DNA from: Haliotis rufescens
Lineage: Eukaryota
Reading direction: 5' to 3'
DNA length: 64,000 nt
Assembly (NCBI RefSeq): GCF_023055435.1
Contig: NW_025964334.1
Coordinates: forward strand, 25,978,001-26,042,000
Shown: one piece after another, positions 28,854 through 64,000 of the stretch
How positions within the stretch are numbered: the stretch's first letter is position 1
Layout: every line of letters begins with the position of its first letter
Translations under genes and position numbers: made by a program
Notes under the pieces: generated by a model
What the model was told of the DNA's origin: nothing
The model's database searches: none
Seen by the model: the letters and a program-made list of their open reading frames with translations, nothing else

Positions 28854-31800
28854 TGCAGCGGGGCCCTACTCTCGTTACACAAAGTCATTTTGTAATATTT
28901 TGTTTTTGTTTATAGAAAGGCTGTTTCAAAGAACATATGCGACCGTTTATTGAAATAGTAACAATGCAAATATGATGATAATTTGCAAAAAGATAACGAA
29001 ATATATTTTGTTACACAGTGTGGTTCCTTGGGTATGCTGCGCTGGCGCTACACTGACCCTAAGCTGGGCCCCGTTCTAATATCACACTATACGAGCCGGT
29101 AAGTCATTTTGTTAGATGGGCCACCATCTGGTGCAGGAAATACCTTCAAACTTTAAATTTTACTTAATTGTTGGAAGTTAAATTTCCACAATTATTTTCT
29201 TCATACATTTTACGTACATGATATCAATATGTAAGAGAAATGATAGTAAACATAGTCTCGCGTATTCTTTGCATGAACATTTCGCAGGTTTTCGAATACA
29301 TCACCAAATTGTGCTATGCGAGAAAAATATTTATTATGCACTTGTCAGAAAACTTTGAGCGAATAAAATATTCTCAGGTATTTGAACGAGATACTCATGT
29401 AGGAAGTTTATATATGTCGACATATGTAGAGCAACGCAAACAATATATATGTCGCATTCCATTCCATGACGTCAAAAATGTTTATGTTTAAAGTGGGTTG
29501 GTGTTCCATTTAAGGAATAACTCGTAATATATCATATTATGATGTGACTCTTCTAACAAAATAGAAATGTGTTGTGCGACTCCTCGTATGTGGTTGCGAT
29601 ATATTTATTGGATGATTACGTTTAAAATGATGAAACCCCTGTTGAAAACATTGAAATTAGAATAGAATAGATTTAAACCATGGCCAATGTTGATATTTTC
29701 TAGCTATATTTTTTTAAGCAACATTCAAATGCAATACAATTATTAATACCAACGAAATAAACCAATGTCCGTTACTCAACAAATGGGCAGAATCATAATG
29801 GATGGTTTCTATTCATTCACAGTCATCACTTCTAACTTTGTACAACATTGTAGCTGAGTGACAGCATTATGAAGGTGATATTCCTTTTCAAAGTGTTACA
29901 AATAATACTAAAGTAGTAATGTAGTCTAAGATTGCACCTGAATAGACGAATGGATATTTAAAAAAAGGAGAAAATGCTACACTGTGTAAAATCTGAATTT
30001 TGCTTTGTTTACATTTCAAACAAGTGTAGTTTTTCGAGTACAGCGTTCGTTTTCACACCTAAATTATTTTGATGCATGTCATCTAAACACTTTGTATTGG
30101 TGACAAGGACCATGTGCCATTTGCTTCTACTCTGTATGAGGAATTCAAGGATGTATGTATCGCAACTGAGTATGAAATTAACGTGATGTTACAGGCATCT
30201 CATAACCGTTATACGTGAAACGTGATTTTGTAAACACTATCCAATATGGGGGCATCTTCCCGAGGCAAAGGAGTTAATTGACTATAAAAGTCGTTTCCAC
30301 GTGGAAATTGGACTTTTAAAGTCAGTTAACTCTCTTGACTCGGGAAGCTGATATGGGGGCGGTCGGGTAGCCTAGTGTTTACAGCGTTCGCTCGTCACGC
30401 CGAAGACCCAGGTTCGATTCCCGACATGGGTACAATGCATGAAGCCGTGATATGCCGTGATATTGCTGGAATATTGCTAAAAGCGGCGTAAAACCACACT
30501 CACTCACTATCCAATATGGGGGAAAGTTCATTCGGCGTTCGTGTTTGCGTATTTTCCAATGCATTCTAAACGATTCTAGGGCTATCGGCGACGTTTTGGA
30601 ATGATCATTCAGGATTTGATCAAAGTCAGATACCCGTTTTTTTAAAATTCATTTCCCCGAGTAAATAGCCGAAATTATTGTTTCAAAAACATGCTGTAAA
30701 TAACCCCGTGAGTGGTAATGTAGTAATGTGTAAACAAATGGCGACATTTACTTTGAACCTAATTTCAGAGGTTATTTTCAGTAATTTTACTTGGCCCAAA
30801 ATGCCAGTGGATGACATGACCAAACGGGGAATTTCCCACAGTATTCAAAACTGTGAAGTGCCTCAATCTGTGAGTGGTGCAGTTTGAATTTTATTCGACT
30901 TCAAAGTGAGGGTTGAAGAGGAATGACATATATGTCCCTCTATCATCCAAGGGGAAAGCCTGTGTCAGTTTCTCTACTTCATAACATTTTTAAGAATTTT
31001 GTAACCGCCATTCTAGACAAGGTGTAAATGGACCGCGTTGCCCGAAAATCTATAAAATCTTCAAAGATCACTCAATCAATCATAAATCAAACGATTGCAG
31101 TCTACTTATTATATAATATTTACCTTAACTGTTCTTAGGACTTTGTTGCTCTGTGTGGGTTACATGTACAGTGGTGGTATGGTATGGTATGGTATACCTC
31201 TTTACATTTTCAAACAAATAAAACATTAAACATTTGGGTACCAATAGTTTGGCAACTATCCATGAAACGTGATAAGTTTCTATATAATGTCAATGGAACA
31301 TAGATTATTTAAGAATTGACTTCAACAATTTAGTGTATGGAGGTATTTGCAAACGAAAAAGCTGGAGTGCACACTTTGTGTTAATCCGCAAAAATATAGA
31401 AGTTAATTTTTGAAATAAATATGTCAACAATAATAACTTTGCAGCTATTTTAGCCATTTAGAGGGCATGATCTAATTGTTTTAGGTTTATTGGAATATAC
31501 AAACACAAACAAAATCATCGAATTTCAGAAATGCAATTTTTAAAATATGTTCTGTCTTCACTTAGAATTCAACCCATGAACCACTTTTAATCCACTGTAG
31601 CGCTCCAAAAGATTAGCGAGACTGTTGTCAGTTGATTTTGTTGGTCTAGTTTTCACCCTATAAAATTGCCCGCCACCAGATTTGGGTTTACCACAGCAAA
31701 CGCAAGATGACACTCTTTTCACAGGCGTGTCCCTCCCCTATATCGGCATTAGCATAGCCATTTTTGAAAATCACCGGATGTGACGTCAAATAAACACGCT

Positions 31801-33181
31801 GAGTGTTTTTAATGTAAACCATGACACACACCCCATTTTCAACAGTGATATGTGCGTCGATATTCCGTGTCAGCTCACTGTTGTCACGAAATCGTAAACA
31901 TAATACATGGAATTAAACGACCACATCAATGAAATACCGTTGGCATCTTTATTTTAGCAAATTTGAAGAAGCAAATGTCGCCGATTATGCCCAGTTTTCG
32001 CCCCTTGTGAAATGGTGGTTTAGCGGAATTATTTAACGCCCAGTATCCGTGATAATGTTGTTTAATGATAGGGTCTGTCATTGGTTCTGATATTTGGCCT
32101 CTGAATTTTATTCACATGAAAAGCCATTTATTTTGCATTTGTTTTCTTATTACACAATGAAATTAATCAAAAATATATCTAATAATTTTGGAAACATATA
32201 TTGGATTAATTTCAGTCTAGTGTTTCTGAACTAGATCTTTGTGTGTGCTTGTTAAAATGTCGGGTCTGAATGGGATAATAATAAAACGGCACCTCAGCAA
32301 AACGTCACCGATTTCTCTGGCGAAAACGGCACTGCATTTGGCGAAAACGGCTACTATGTGTCAGGCGAAAACGGCACCTCTATTTTTAATAATAATAAAG
32401 AATGATTTTTGTAGTTACTGTAATAGATATGGTTTATTTACATGGTATTTGATGTATTTACATGTTATTGGATGTATGTGACGTATTTACACGGACAGGT
32501 AAGAAGTCCTCGGCAATCTGAAAATATGAATAAAAGTTAAAATACAATATTCGTTCTGTTACAAAATTGTGGTGATTCTGAGAATTTATACAATAGCATT
32601 ATGTAGTTTATTTTATTATTATTAGTACCTCGAAGTCCAAAGTCCTCGGCTCTTTGGGGCGCAACAGTTCCTGGGTTCAGTTCGCCATGCGAATGAGGGT
32701 TGAGTGGTTTTGGCGTCCACCAGCTAGCTGGGCCCGAGGTTATAAAAAAAAATTCGTGCTCAACTCAGTTTCGTGCTCAAATACATGCTCATGCTCATGC
32801 TCATGCTCAAGTTCAAGTTCGTTGTGTCTAGGGTCAAGGTCAAGGGACATCCTCCAAACAGTTTTAGTGGATTCTTTTCAAACCAATTTCGAGTGGAGGT
32901 TGGGGTAATTAAGTTATAAAGTTCTCAGGCGTATGCGTGACACATCGCAACGAGTCCTGTATTCTATCATGCGTTGAAATGTGGTGCCCATGCAGATTTG
33001 CATAAGTAAACAGTCGAAAATGTGATTCTTCGTTGCATTAACTTTATTGTATATACCGGTAATCTAAATGGAGACATGTATTTTCATGGGCTTTCCCCTC
33101 CACAATTCCTTGACTGTGAAGAAGAAAACATGTTCTGTATATTAATTTTCAAATTATATCTCTTCTTTTATATACTTTCAG

Positions 33182-35128
33182 AAGACACATCAATGCCAAA
33201 AGGGAGGCTATTGAAGTGAAGAAGAAGTACTTCAATTTGAAACAAAGAGGTACTCTTTTATATTAGAAAAATACTAAGAGGCATATTGTGTCAACATTGT
33301 TACTCCATCATAATGTATTAAATGGTTATTATATAATTGATGAAACACATGTTTATCCCTCAATAACACATGAACACATGTCAATGAAACCCAAATTTAA
33401 TATTTCAATATATATGTTATTGTTACTGAACTAAACTGCAAGTTTGTATTGTAGCTAAAAGCAAGATCGACGGCCTCAAAAGGTCAATGGCCACAACTGG
33501 AGGAGGGCCTCCACTCCCAGCACTGTCCAACGCGGACGAGGTCCTTTGTCAGTCTTTGGAGGGGAGGCCAGGTATTCATGGCCTAGAACATGGCATTGGC
33601 ACTGATGGTATGGGCAGTTCAATATGTAAAAGAGATTAATGTAAATTTTAAAGCCAACTATTTCTCATTAATGTTGGTTATGGTGAGACCTATCACCTGG
33701 GACAATGTATTTGGATGACAAAAATACTTATCAAATATAGTACAAACAAATCAAGTACTGTCAAAAGACAAAGGAAACAACAACAAAAATTTCAGACAAC
33801 AACTTTTTTATGCCTGTGATCAAAGTAATGAATACATTTGTTGTGAATTGCACTTGTACAAAATCATTCAAATAATGATTAATATTTGTCAGATAATCAA
33901 ATTAATCACTCATCACAATTTCAGTCACAAATGCAATTGTTTTTGTCAATTCTAACCCGAAAATTATTAAAATAGCTGCATTACTGTATTTTAATATTCT
34001 GTTCACTTCAGTCATTCATGATGGCGATGTAGCTGCCGCTGCACCAGAAGGTAATACATATCATCATATGTCTGAATACTATTAACATGTATTATTATAC
34101 ATAATCACATCTATAACATATCTAATTACTCTCAGTCTGTGGGTTGTCTCCCTTATATAGGTCATGTCTTGAACATAATACCAAAATTTCCAACATGTAT
34201 TGTAGAGCATAGTTTGCTATTCCTGTCATAACATTATTGTCTGAGCTGACACATTGTATACAATCAATGTAATTATTCTCAATTAATAACATTAAAGTAT
34301 AACTTTATTTTGTGACTTTATTGAATGCTTAAATATATAAATGTCAGAAAATGATACAATAATTTTTTGCATTTGTTCAATGTTAAAAATTGTATCCCCT
34401 TATTTACAGGTCTGCAAGGTGAAGCACATCACATTGATGAGCAAGACATCCCAGCAGAAGGTACATCAGAAGGATCTGAGTAATATCTGTAGAACATATT
34501 ACTATACTAAATAATGAACATTTTCAGAGTTTATTTCAGTATATTCAAGATTGCAGTTACAGATCAAATTTATGTTTGCATAATCCTTCTATAATACTAG
34601 TATAATACTAGTATAATACTAGTATAATACTACTACTAATAAACTATGACCTTTGTATGATTTATTGAAAGCATAGAAATGAAAACACTCATAGCAAGAT
34701 GCTAATACATGTATTACCCCAAACAATACATTCACTGTCTTGTCAAAAGCTGAAAATACTAAGAGACAGGAAATATATTTGAATTATATTTATGTCACAC
34801 TAACACCCATAATGCTATCAACAATACTATACTCCCAAAGATGACGCAGAGTACACAAGTCAGTCTCATTATATTTACAGACAAAAAGACCGGGCGCAAA
34901 CGAAAAAGAACACAAGCTGAGGCAACACATGACAACACGATACAGGACACGGAAAGGATCAAACTTGAACAGAGGAAGCTGAAACTGGAAATTGAAGTGT
35001 TAGAAAAAAATCAAAAGAAATTAGACATTGAAATTCAAGTGCTGCAGAGGAAATCAGTCTACTACCAACTAAAAATGAATGCGGAATTTGGTGTTTCTCT
35101 TGTCGAATCATGTCCAACTGAAGAATAA
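33182..35128 (+). pseudogene. Harbinger Myb/SANT-like DNA-binding helper gene, first exon missing
   Basis: Exons 33182-33249 (REAIEVKKKYFNLKQR), 33455-33607 (TTGGGPP…GIHGL), 34012-34050, 34410-34460, 34881-35128 (NLS + coiled coil). No N-terminal exon found. Confidence 0.75.
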
Positions 35129-35469
35129 TTATTATCAAAATTACTAAAGACAGTTATGTAGAAATGCAATATGAATGACAACAACATTTACTGATTTGCT
35201 TGGACATGATCAGTTGAATTTGACAGATACAATAGTTAATGATAATTCAAAGAAATATTGTTACACATTATCAACTCTATCTGTATTGTTTTATCACTAT
35301 TCATTACATATGCAATTGCTCCAAAAATCCTGATTTTTTTGTTATGTGCTCTTAAGTAAGATCATTTTAAAGCATGTAACTCTAACATTGTGATGATAAT
35401 TCAGCATTTATGCAAGTATGATGTGCCAACATAAAGACATAAATATAGAATGTCTAGTGATCATGACTT

Positions 35470-35690
35470 TACTTATAGTTTATGCAATTTGTGTAGACCT
35501 AGATGATGAATACCATGCACTTTTCATTTGTCCAGCTGATACTAACATTAGGTCAAGATATTTGTCCTTCATACAGACTATTATGAATATCCTAACATGC
35601 ATAAGTTCTGTATCTTTACTCACAACAAATGACAACATTTTATTCCAGCTAACTCTTTATCTTGTTCAAATTTAGAAATTAAGAAACAAA
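35470..35690 (+). mobile_element. 3' fragment of a LINE (zinc-finger-like DEYHALFICP)
   Basis: Motif typical of the C-terminus of CR1/L2-group ORF2. Confidence 0.5.
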
Positions 35691-36336
35691 TATGAATTGA
35701 ATTGCTCTGTCACAATGTGCAATGTTAGAAATTTGAACTAGTCCTGCAGTTCGTGCCAAAGTGTCCACTTGTCAATGTATGAAAGAACTTGTAGACATAT
35801 GCCATTTTTCAGGTTTCTGCTATATGTTATCATTGTAAGGACTTGTGGACTAAAAATGGTAGTTTCTACCGTAGTATGTGCTTTATATTATAACATTTTC
35901 CCACTTTACTTGCCGTAAAAGGCGGCAAACGGGATCGGGTGGTCAGGCTCACTGACTTGGTTGATACATGTCATCGATCCCAATTGCGTGGATCGATGCT
36001 CATGATATCAATCACTGGATTGTCTGGTCCAGACACAATTACTGTACAGTCCTCCGTCATATAGCTGGAATATTGCTGAGTAAGGAGTTAAACAACAAAT
36101 AAATCTGCACTGTTGGCATGGCCAGACTATACAAATTAAATATTGTTCCATTTTGTGCACTGCTTGTATCTGAATAAAACATTGAATGACCAAATTGATT
36201 ATGTATTCAAGTCTAACTGTCATGACATATCTGACTTACTGAGCAATACCACTCACACAATCATTAATTAAGATGATATACATTTGAAATCACAAATTCA
36301 GATAGATTAAATTGTAGTGAATAATTGTTCCTATGC

Positions 36337-38271
36337 TTATCGACTAAAAAATGTTTGAATAATGTGCCGTCTCACATCAGCTCCATCATTTGGACCTGTA
36401 ACCGGTGGCACATAATTATTCACATTTGAAGATGGAGGCATTAGATTTTCATCATGATTTATAATATCCCCCCTTTCAATACCCAAATTATGCAACACAA
36501 CACATGCAACAACATAGGTCACAGCCTGTCTTGGGGTCGCCCTGAGCTCATTGTGCAGGCACTGAAACCGCCGTTTCAGGACACCAAAGGTCTGTTCAAT
36601 GAGCACTCTTGTCCTGCACAATGACCCATTGTAGCGTTCCTCTGCACGGTTGGTGGGGTTCAGTAGAGGCGTCAGGAGGAACCAACGACATGGGTAGCCA
36701 GAGTCCCCCAGCAAAAAACCTTTGTACTGTCCTTAAACATAATAAAATAAGGTTATATATTATTGAAAGAATAACAGATTGTTTTATGATTTGAATACTT
36801 GTAAAAAGTACATATAATGTATGAATAAAATTTGTCTCATTAAGAATTGAAATATTTCAATATTTATCTTGAACATGATGAATGAAATAAACCTTTTCCC
36901 AGGAACAAATACATTCATCCTAATTAATGGAATTGTTAAGTTAAAAAATAACTTGTGAGAAAAAACAAATGAAAATGAGGATATGAATCCAATCTAATTT
37001 ATTAATTAAAATGGGTATGGAGATTCTGAGATTTTATGCCATGTCTATCCAGGGTTCCAAAGCAATTGCCCTTTGTATGTCACTTCAATTCAATGAGATG
37101 TCATACAAAAATGTCTGCATATTGATTTAAATTTACATCTTAACTTATAATTACTATTACAGAAATGATTTTATATTATTTGTAACAGGATAAACTATAT
37201 TCTTGTTCACTTGCAGAATACTTTCACCAAATTGTTCTAAAAACGTGTCTTACCATTTTCAAATTGCCTGCACAGTGCTGACGTCGGGAAAATACGGCTG
37301 TCATGCACCGATCCCGGCCAGCTGGCGTTGCAACTTGTGCTGCAGAAATTTGCATCACAGCACATCTGTGGGATAGCAAATCAGAAATTTAAACTCCAAT
37401 TTACAATACATACATAAGAATTACAAAAGTCATACATCTCCCCACCCCTAAACCAACACATACATTATAACGAATAGTTATGGAGTACAATTATGCCCAT
37501 TTACCTGTACATTCAGGGAATGGTAACCTTTCCGGTTCACGAAGTCTCCCTCGTTCGTGGTAGGCCGCTGTATCCGGATGAACGTCCCATCAATGCACCC
37601 TACTACGTTAGGGAATCCTGTAAGTAAAACGTGTCATGGTGTCACAATAGATAGCATACTGCACTGGGCAATGTTTACTAGTTTCATTTACAGCCCATCC
37701 TAAGATCTATCGCTTGATTATAATTTTATTTTATTTATATACATGACCTCGACCTCTGACCCATTTTCTTTTTACTGACCAATCAAAATGGCACTGACGC
37801 GAATCACACCAATGAAATCATTTATTTGTGTTTACATTGGGAAAATCCCATGTACGTACCTGCAATGTTGCCGAATGCCTCCTTCGCTCGTACGGCGTCT
37901 CCCCCAACTGGGAATTTAATAATCCTTCCTGAAAGTTTGGAGATTTGCAACGAAACTGCACGTATGCATCTGCCGGCTGTAGATCGGGAAATGTTTAGGC
38001 TGTCCCCAACCAGCAGATGCATAGCGCCTGTCGCCAAAAAGCGAAGGCATACCAGCAACTGTAACAGTGGTGGAATCGCACAGTTACGAGCTGTCTCTCT
38101 GGTCAGATCGAGTAGACCAAGTAAATATATTATAGTATTTGGCCTAAATCTGTAACGGTCAAAAACTTCTTCGACATCTAAATCTTCCAGCGGGTTAGAA
38201 CGATCTCGAAAGACTCTCGGAACACGGGTGTTCCGCCTCGCTTGTCGCGTCTGTCGCAGGTGAGCTGCCAT
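36337..38271 (-). CDS. Harbinger (HARBI1-like) DDE transposase, 343 aa, intact reading frame
   Basis: Exons 38271-37860, 37617-37505, 37365-37254, 36731-36337 (1032 nt). Motifs [52 protein letters not shown]. Confidence 0.93.
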
Positions 38272-38465
38272 TGTTGTTGTCGAACTCAGCGTTGAGCACG
38301 GTCCAAAGCTTACTTGAGATCGTACGGATTTCATGCTCAAGTTGAGCACGAAAACGTACTCAGATTATTTATAACCTCCGTTTATTGAGTCTGAGTTTTG
38401 AGTTGAGCACGAAACCGGATTTGAGCATGAAATCGTACTCAGGGAAGTTTTATAACCTCGGGGCC

Positions 38466-40435
38466 TGTATTCGATCATGCGTTGAAATGTGGTGCCCAGA
38501 TTTGCATAAGTAAACAGTCGAAAATGTGTGTCATGGCAAGCACACTCTTGATATACCTGATTCTTCGTTGAATTAACTTTATTGTATATACCGGTAATCT
38601 AAATGGAGACATGTATTTTCATGGGCTTTCCCCTCCTCAATTCCTTGACAGTGAAGAAGAAAACATGTTCTGTATATTAATTTTCAAATTATATCTCTTC
38701 TTTTATATACTTTCAGAAGACACATCAATGCCAAAAGGGAGGCTATTGAAGTGAAGAAGAAGTACTTCAATTTGAAACAAAGAGGTACTCTTTTATATTA
38801 GAAAAATACTAAGAGGCATATTGTGTCAACATTGTTACTCCATCATATTGTATTAAATGGTTATTATATAATTGATGAAACACATGTTTATCCCTCAATA
38901 ACACATGAACACATGTCAATGAAACCCAAATTTAATATTTCAATATATATGTTATGTTACTGAACTAAACTGCAAGTTTGTATTGTAGCTAAAAGCAAGA
39001 TCGACGGCCTCAAAAGGTCAATGGCCACAACTTGAGAAGGGCCTCCACTCCCAGCACTGTCCAACGCGGACGAGGTCCTTTGTCAGTCTTTGGAGGGGAG
39101 GCCAGGTATTCATGGCCTAGAACATGGCATTGACACTGATGGTATGGGCAGTTCAATATGTAAAAGATTAATGTAAATTTTAAAGCCAACTATTTCTCAT
39201 TAATGTTGGTTATGGTGAGACCTATCACCTGGGACAATGTATTTGGATGACAAAAATACTTATCAAATATAGTATAAACAAACCAAGTAAAGACAAAGGA
39301 AACAACAACAAAAATTTCAGACAACAACTTTTTTATGCCTGTGATCAAAGTAATGAATACATTTGTTGTGAATTGCACTTGTACAAAATCATTCAAATAA
39401 TGATTAATATTTGTCAGATAATCAAATTAATCACTCATCACAATTTCAGTCACAAATGCAATTGTTTTTGTCAATTCTAACCCGAAAATTATTAAAATAG
39501 CTGCATTACTGTATTTTAATATTCTGTTCACTTCAGTCATTCATGATGGCGATGTAGCTGCCGCTGCACCAGAAGGTAATACATATCATCATATGTCTGA
39601 ATATTATTAACATGTATTATTATACATAATCACATCTATAACATGGGACATATATCTAATTACTCGGTGGGTTGTCTCCCTTATATAGGTCATGTCTTGA
39701 ACATAATACCAAAATTTCCAACATGTATTGTAGAGCATAGTTTGCTATTCCTGTCATAACATTATTGTCTGAGCTGACACATTGTATACAATCAATGTAA
39801 TTATCTCAATTAATAACATTAAAGTATAACTTTATTTTGTGACTTTATTGAATGCTTAAATATATTAATGTCTGAAAATGATACAATAATTTTTTGCATT
39901 TTTTCAATGTTAAAAATTGTATCCCCTTATTTACAGGTCTGCAAGGTGAAGCACATCACATTGATGAGCAAGACAACCCAGCAGAAGGTACATCAGAAGG
40001 ATCTGAGTAATACCTGTAGAACATATTACTATACTAAATAATGAACATTTTCAGAGTTTATTTCAGTTTATTCAAGATTGCATTTACAGATCAAATTTAT
40101 GTTTGCATAATCCTTCTATAATACTAGTATAATACTACTACTAATAAACTATGACCTTTGTATGATTTATTGAAAGCATAGAAATGAAAACACTCATAGC
40201 AAGATGCTAACACATGTATTACCCCAAACAATACATTCACTGTCTTGTCATAAGCTGAAAATACTAAGAGACAGGAAATATATTCGAATTATATTTCAGT
40301 CACACTAACACCCATAATGCTATCAACAATACTATACTCCCAAAGATGTATATCATCTTAATTAATGATTGTGTGAGTGGTATTGCTCAGTAAGTCAGAT
40401 ATGTCATGACAGTTAGACTTGAATACAGAATCAAC
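38466..40435. repeat. Near-identical direct duplicate of ~32959-34843 followed by an inverted copy of ~36197-36282
   Basis: Direct comparison of the sequences; this copy has a TGA stop replacing a Gly codon in the TTGGGP exon. Confidence 0.9.
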
Positions 40436-41133
40436 GATACTGGCGCCCGATTTGTGGATGTTTTCAACAGCTTGTTCCTTTACCTAAAACATAATACGTT
40501 CAATTAAGCTACTGTAACAATAAACTATTCAACATGTATTTGAGAGCTTATTGTAAATTACCGAGAACAATTACACCAATCAGTTATAACAACAATATCA
40601 ATACCTCAACTCGGACTTGAATTGCTGTCAACACTGTCCTGGTACCTGGTTTGGTACTCTCATTTCTTCTGCATCTTCTGATTGGAAACTGACATCAAAG
40701 TTACCGATCACCTCTTCAATAATGGAATCTACGCATCCGGCAAATTTCTTTTTGACGGGCCACAGTTATCACATGATACAGCATGTTGATTTTTTCTGAC
40801 ATTCTTCTCGCATGCAACACATCGAAAGGCCATTATGAATAATTGTGATCTGACAGCACCATGTTTGGCCTCTTAAATACAGTTTCAGCTTGTAAGTTGA
40901 GTAAAAGTACTTAAAATTTCAAAGCGTATAGTGTTTTCACAATAAGTTAACTGCGCCTACCAATCAGAGTCGGCGAGTAAATTGGAGAAGGGGTCTAATT
41001 TCTTACTTGTTTTATGTAAGTTTATTATCATTTATTTGACCAAGGTGTAAAAAAATAAGGTGCCGTTTTCGTCAGGCAATAGTAGCCGTTTTCGCTTGAG
41101 TCGAGATGCCGTTTTCGCTATAACCCAGGAAAA

Positions 41134-41148
41134 CGCGGGAAATTTGAA
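41134..41148 (+). promoter_or_regulatory. E2F site overlapping a CDE/CHR element at the TYMS start
   Basis: CGCGG-GAAA-TTTGAA gives E2F GCGGGAAA plus CHR TTTGAA at the canonical 4-nt spacing; expected for a cell-cycle-regulated gene. Confidence 0.65.
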
Positions 41149-41150
41149 TA

Positions 41151-63812
<22,662 letters not shown>

Positions 63813-64000
63813 GTGAGATATTTTTGTGCTTCCAGGGTTTTACCTGACACAGATGTGTGTCCATTAAGCATACATTGAGATTGGATGCATTAAAAGAATA
63901 TACTGCATCCTGAAGGACGCACAATGAATAAAACTCATGCACCGACAGCGCATCAAGAGCAGTTATGAGTGTCTGACATTTCATCCATCAATCATGACCA

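Larger units (their letters stand above)
32730..38465. mobile_element. PIF/Harbinger DNA transposon
   Basis: TIR GG(G/C)CCCGAGGTTATAAAA; TGCTCA subterminal repeats; convergent transposase and Myb/SANT genes. TSD not visible because the right flank is rearranged. Confidence 0.93.
32271..41127. mobile_element. Outer non-autonomous inverted-repeat element with GAAAACGGC subterminal arrays, apparently hosting the Harbinger
   Basis: 32271-32390 and 41050-41127 are inverted counterparts (GAAAACGGCTACTAT…GAAAACGGCACCT). No TSD found. Confidence 0.55.

Noticed and set aside
31169-31597. Tc1-like MITE (TA-CAGTGG…CCACTG-TA)
   Set aside because: Only a 6-bp inverted match; not enough to call.
36337-38271. 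Domesticated host HARBI1 gene
   Set aside because: Flanked by TIRs and paired with a Myb/SANT gene, so a transposon rather than the domesticated gene.

Overview
Eukaryotic, AT-rich, repeat-dense animal DNA; the SINE/MITE/Helentron repertoire suggests a mollusc (inference only). No prokaryotic features or CRISPR. Three spliced host genes were reconstructed by hand with consistent exon phases: myotrophin (MTPN, +, 4 exons, 125 aa), ribosomal protein S16 (RPS16, -, 6 exons, 155 aa, TCT/5'TOP start, two candidate intronic snoRNAs) and thymidylate synthase (TYMS, +, 7 exons visible, runs off the right end). Between the divergent RPS16 and TYMS starts is a PIF/Harbinger transposon with an intact 4-exon transposase, a partly duplicated Myb/SANT helper gene and an outer inverted-repeat element. 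The most striking object is an 8.6-kb TIR element with a 4-bp TSD in TYMS intron 2. It encodes a spliced ~1750-aa divergent Academ(X)-like DDE + XPG/PIN protein with one frameshift, whose N-terminus appears to carry a DIP2/FAAL-type C-terminal subdomain and a Bro-N-like segment. Also notable are a TSD-flanked retroposon family with no tRNA head that starts at a putative double pseudoknot, and a 58-nt antisense copy of the TYMS exon-2 acceptor in TYMS intron 4. All protein-family assignments come from motif recognition by eye; no database search was run.
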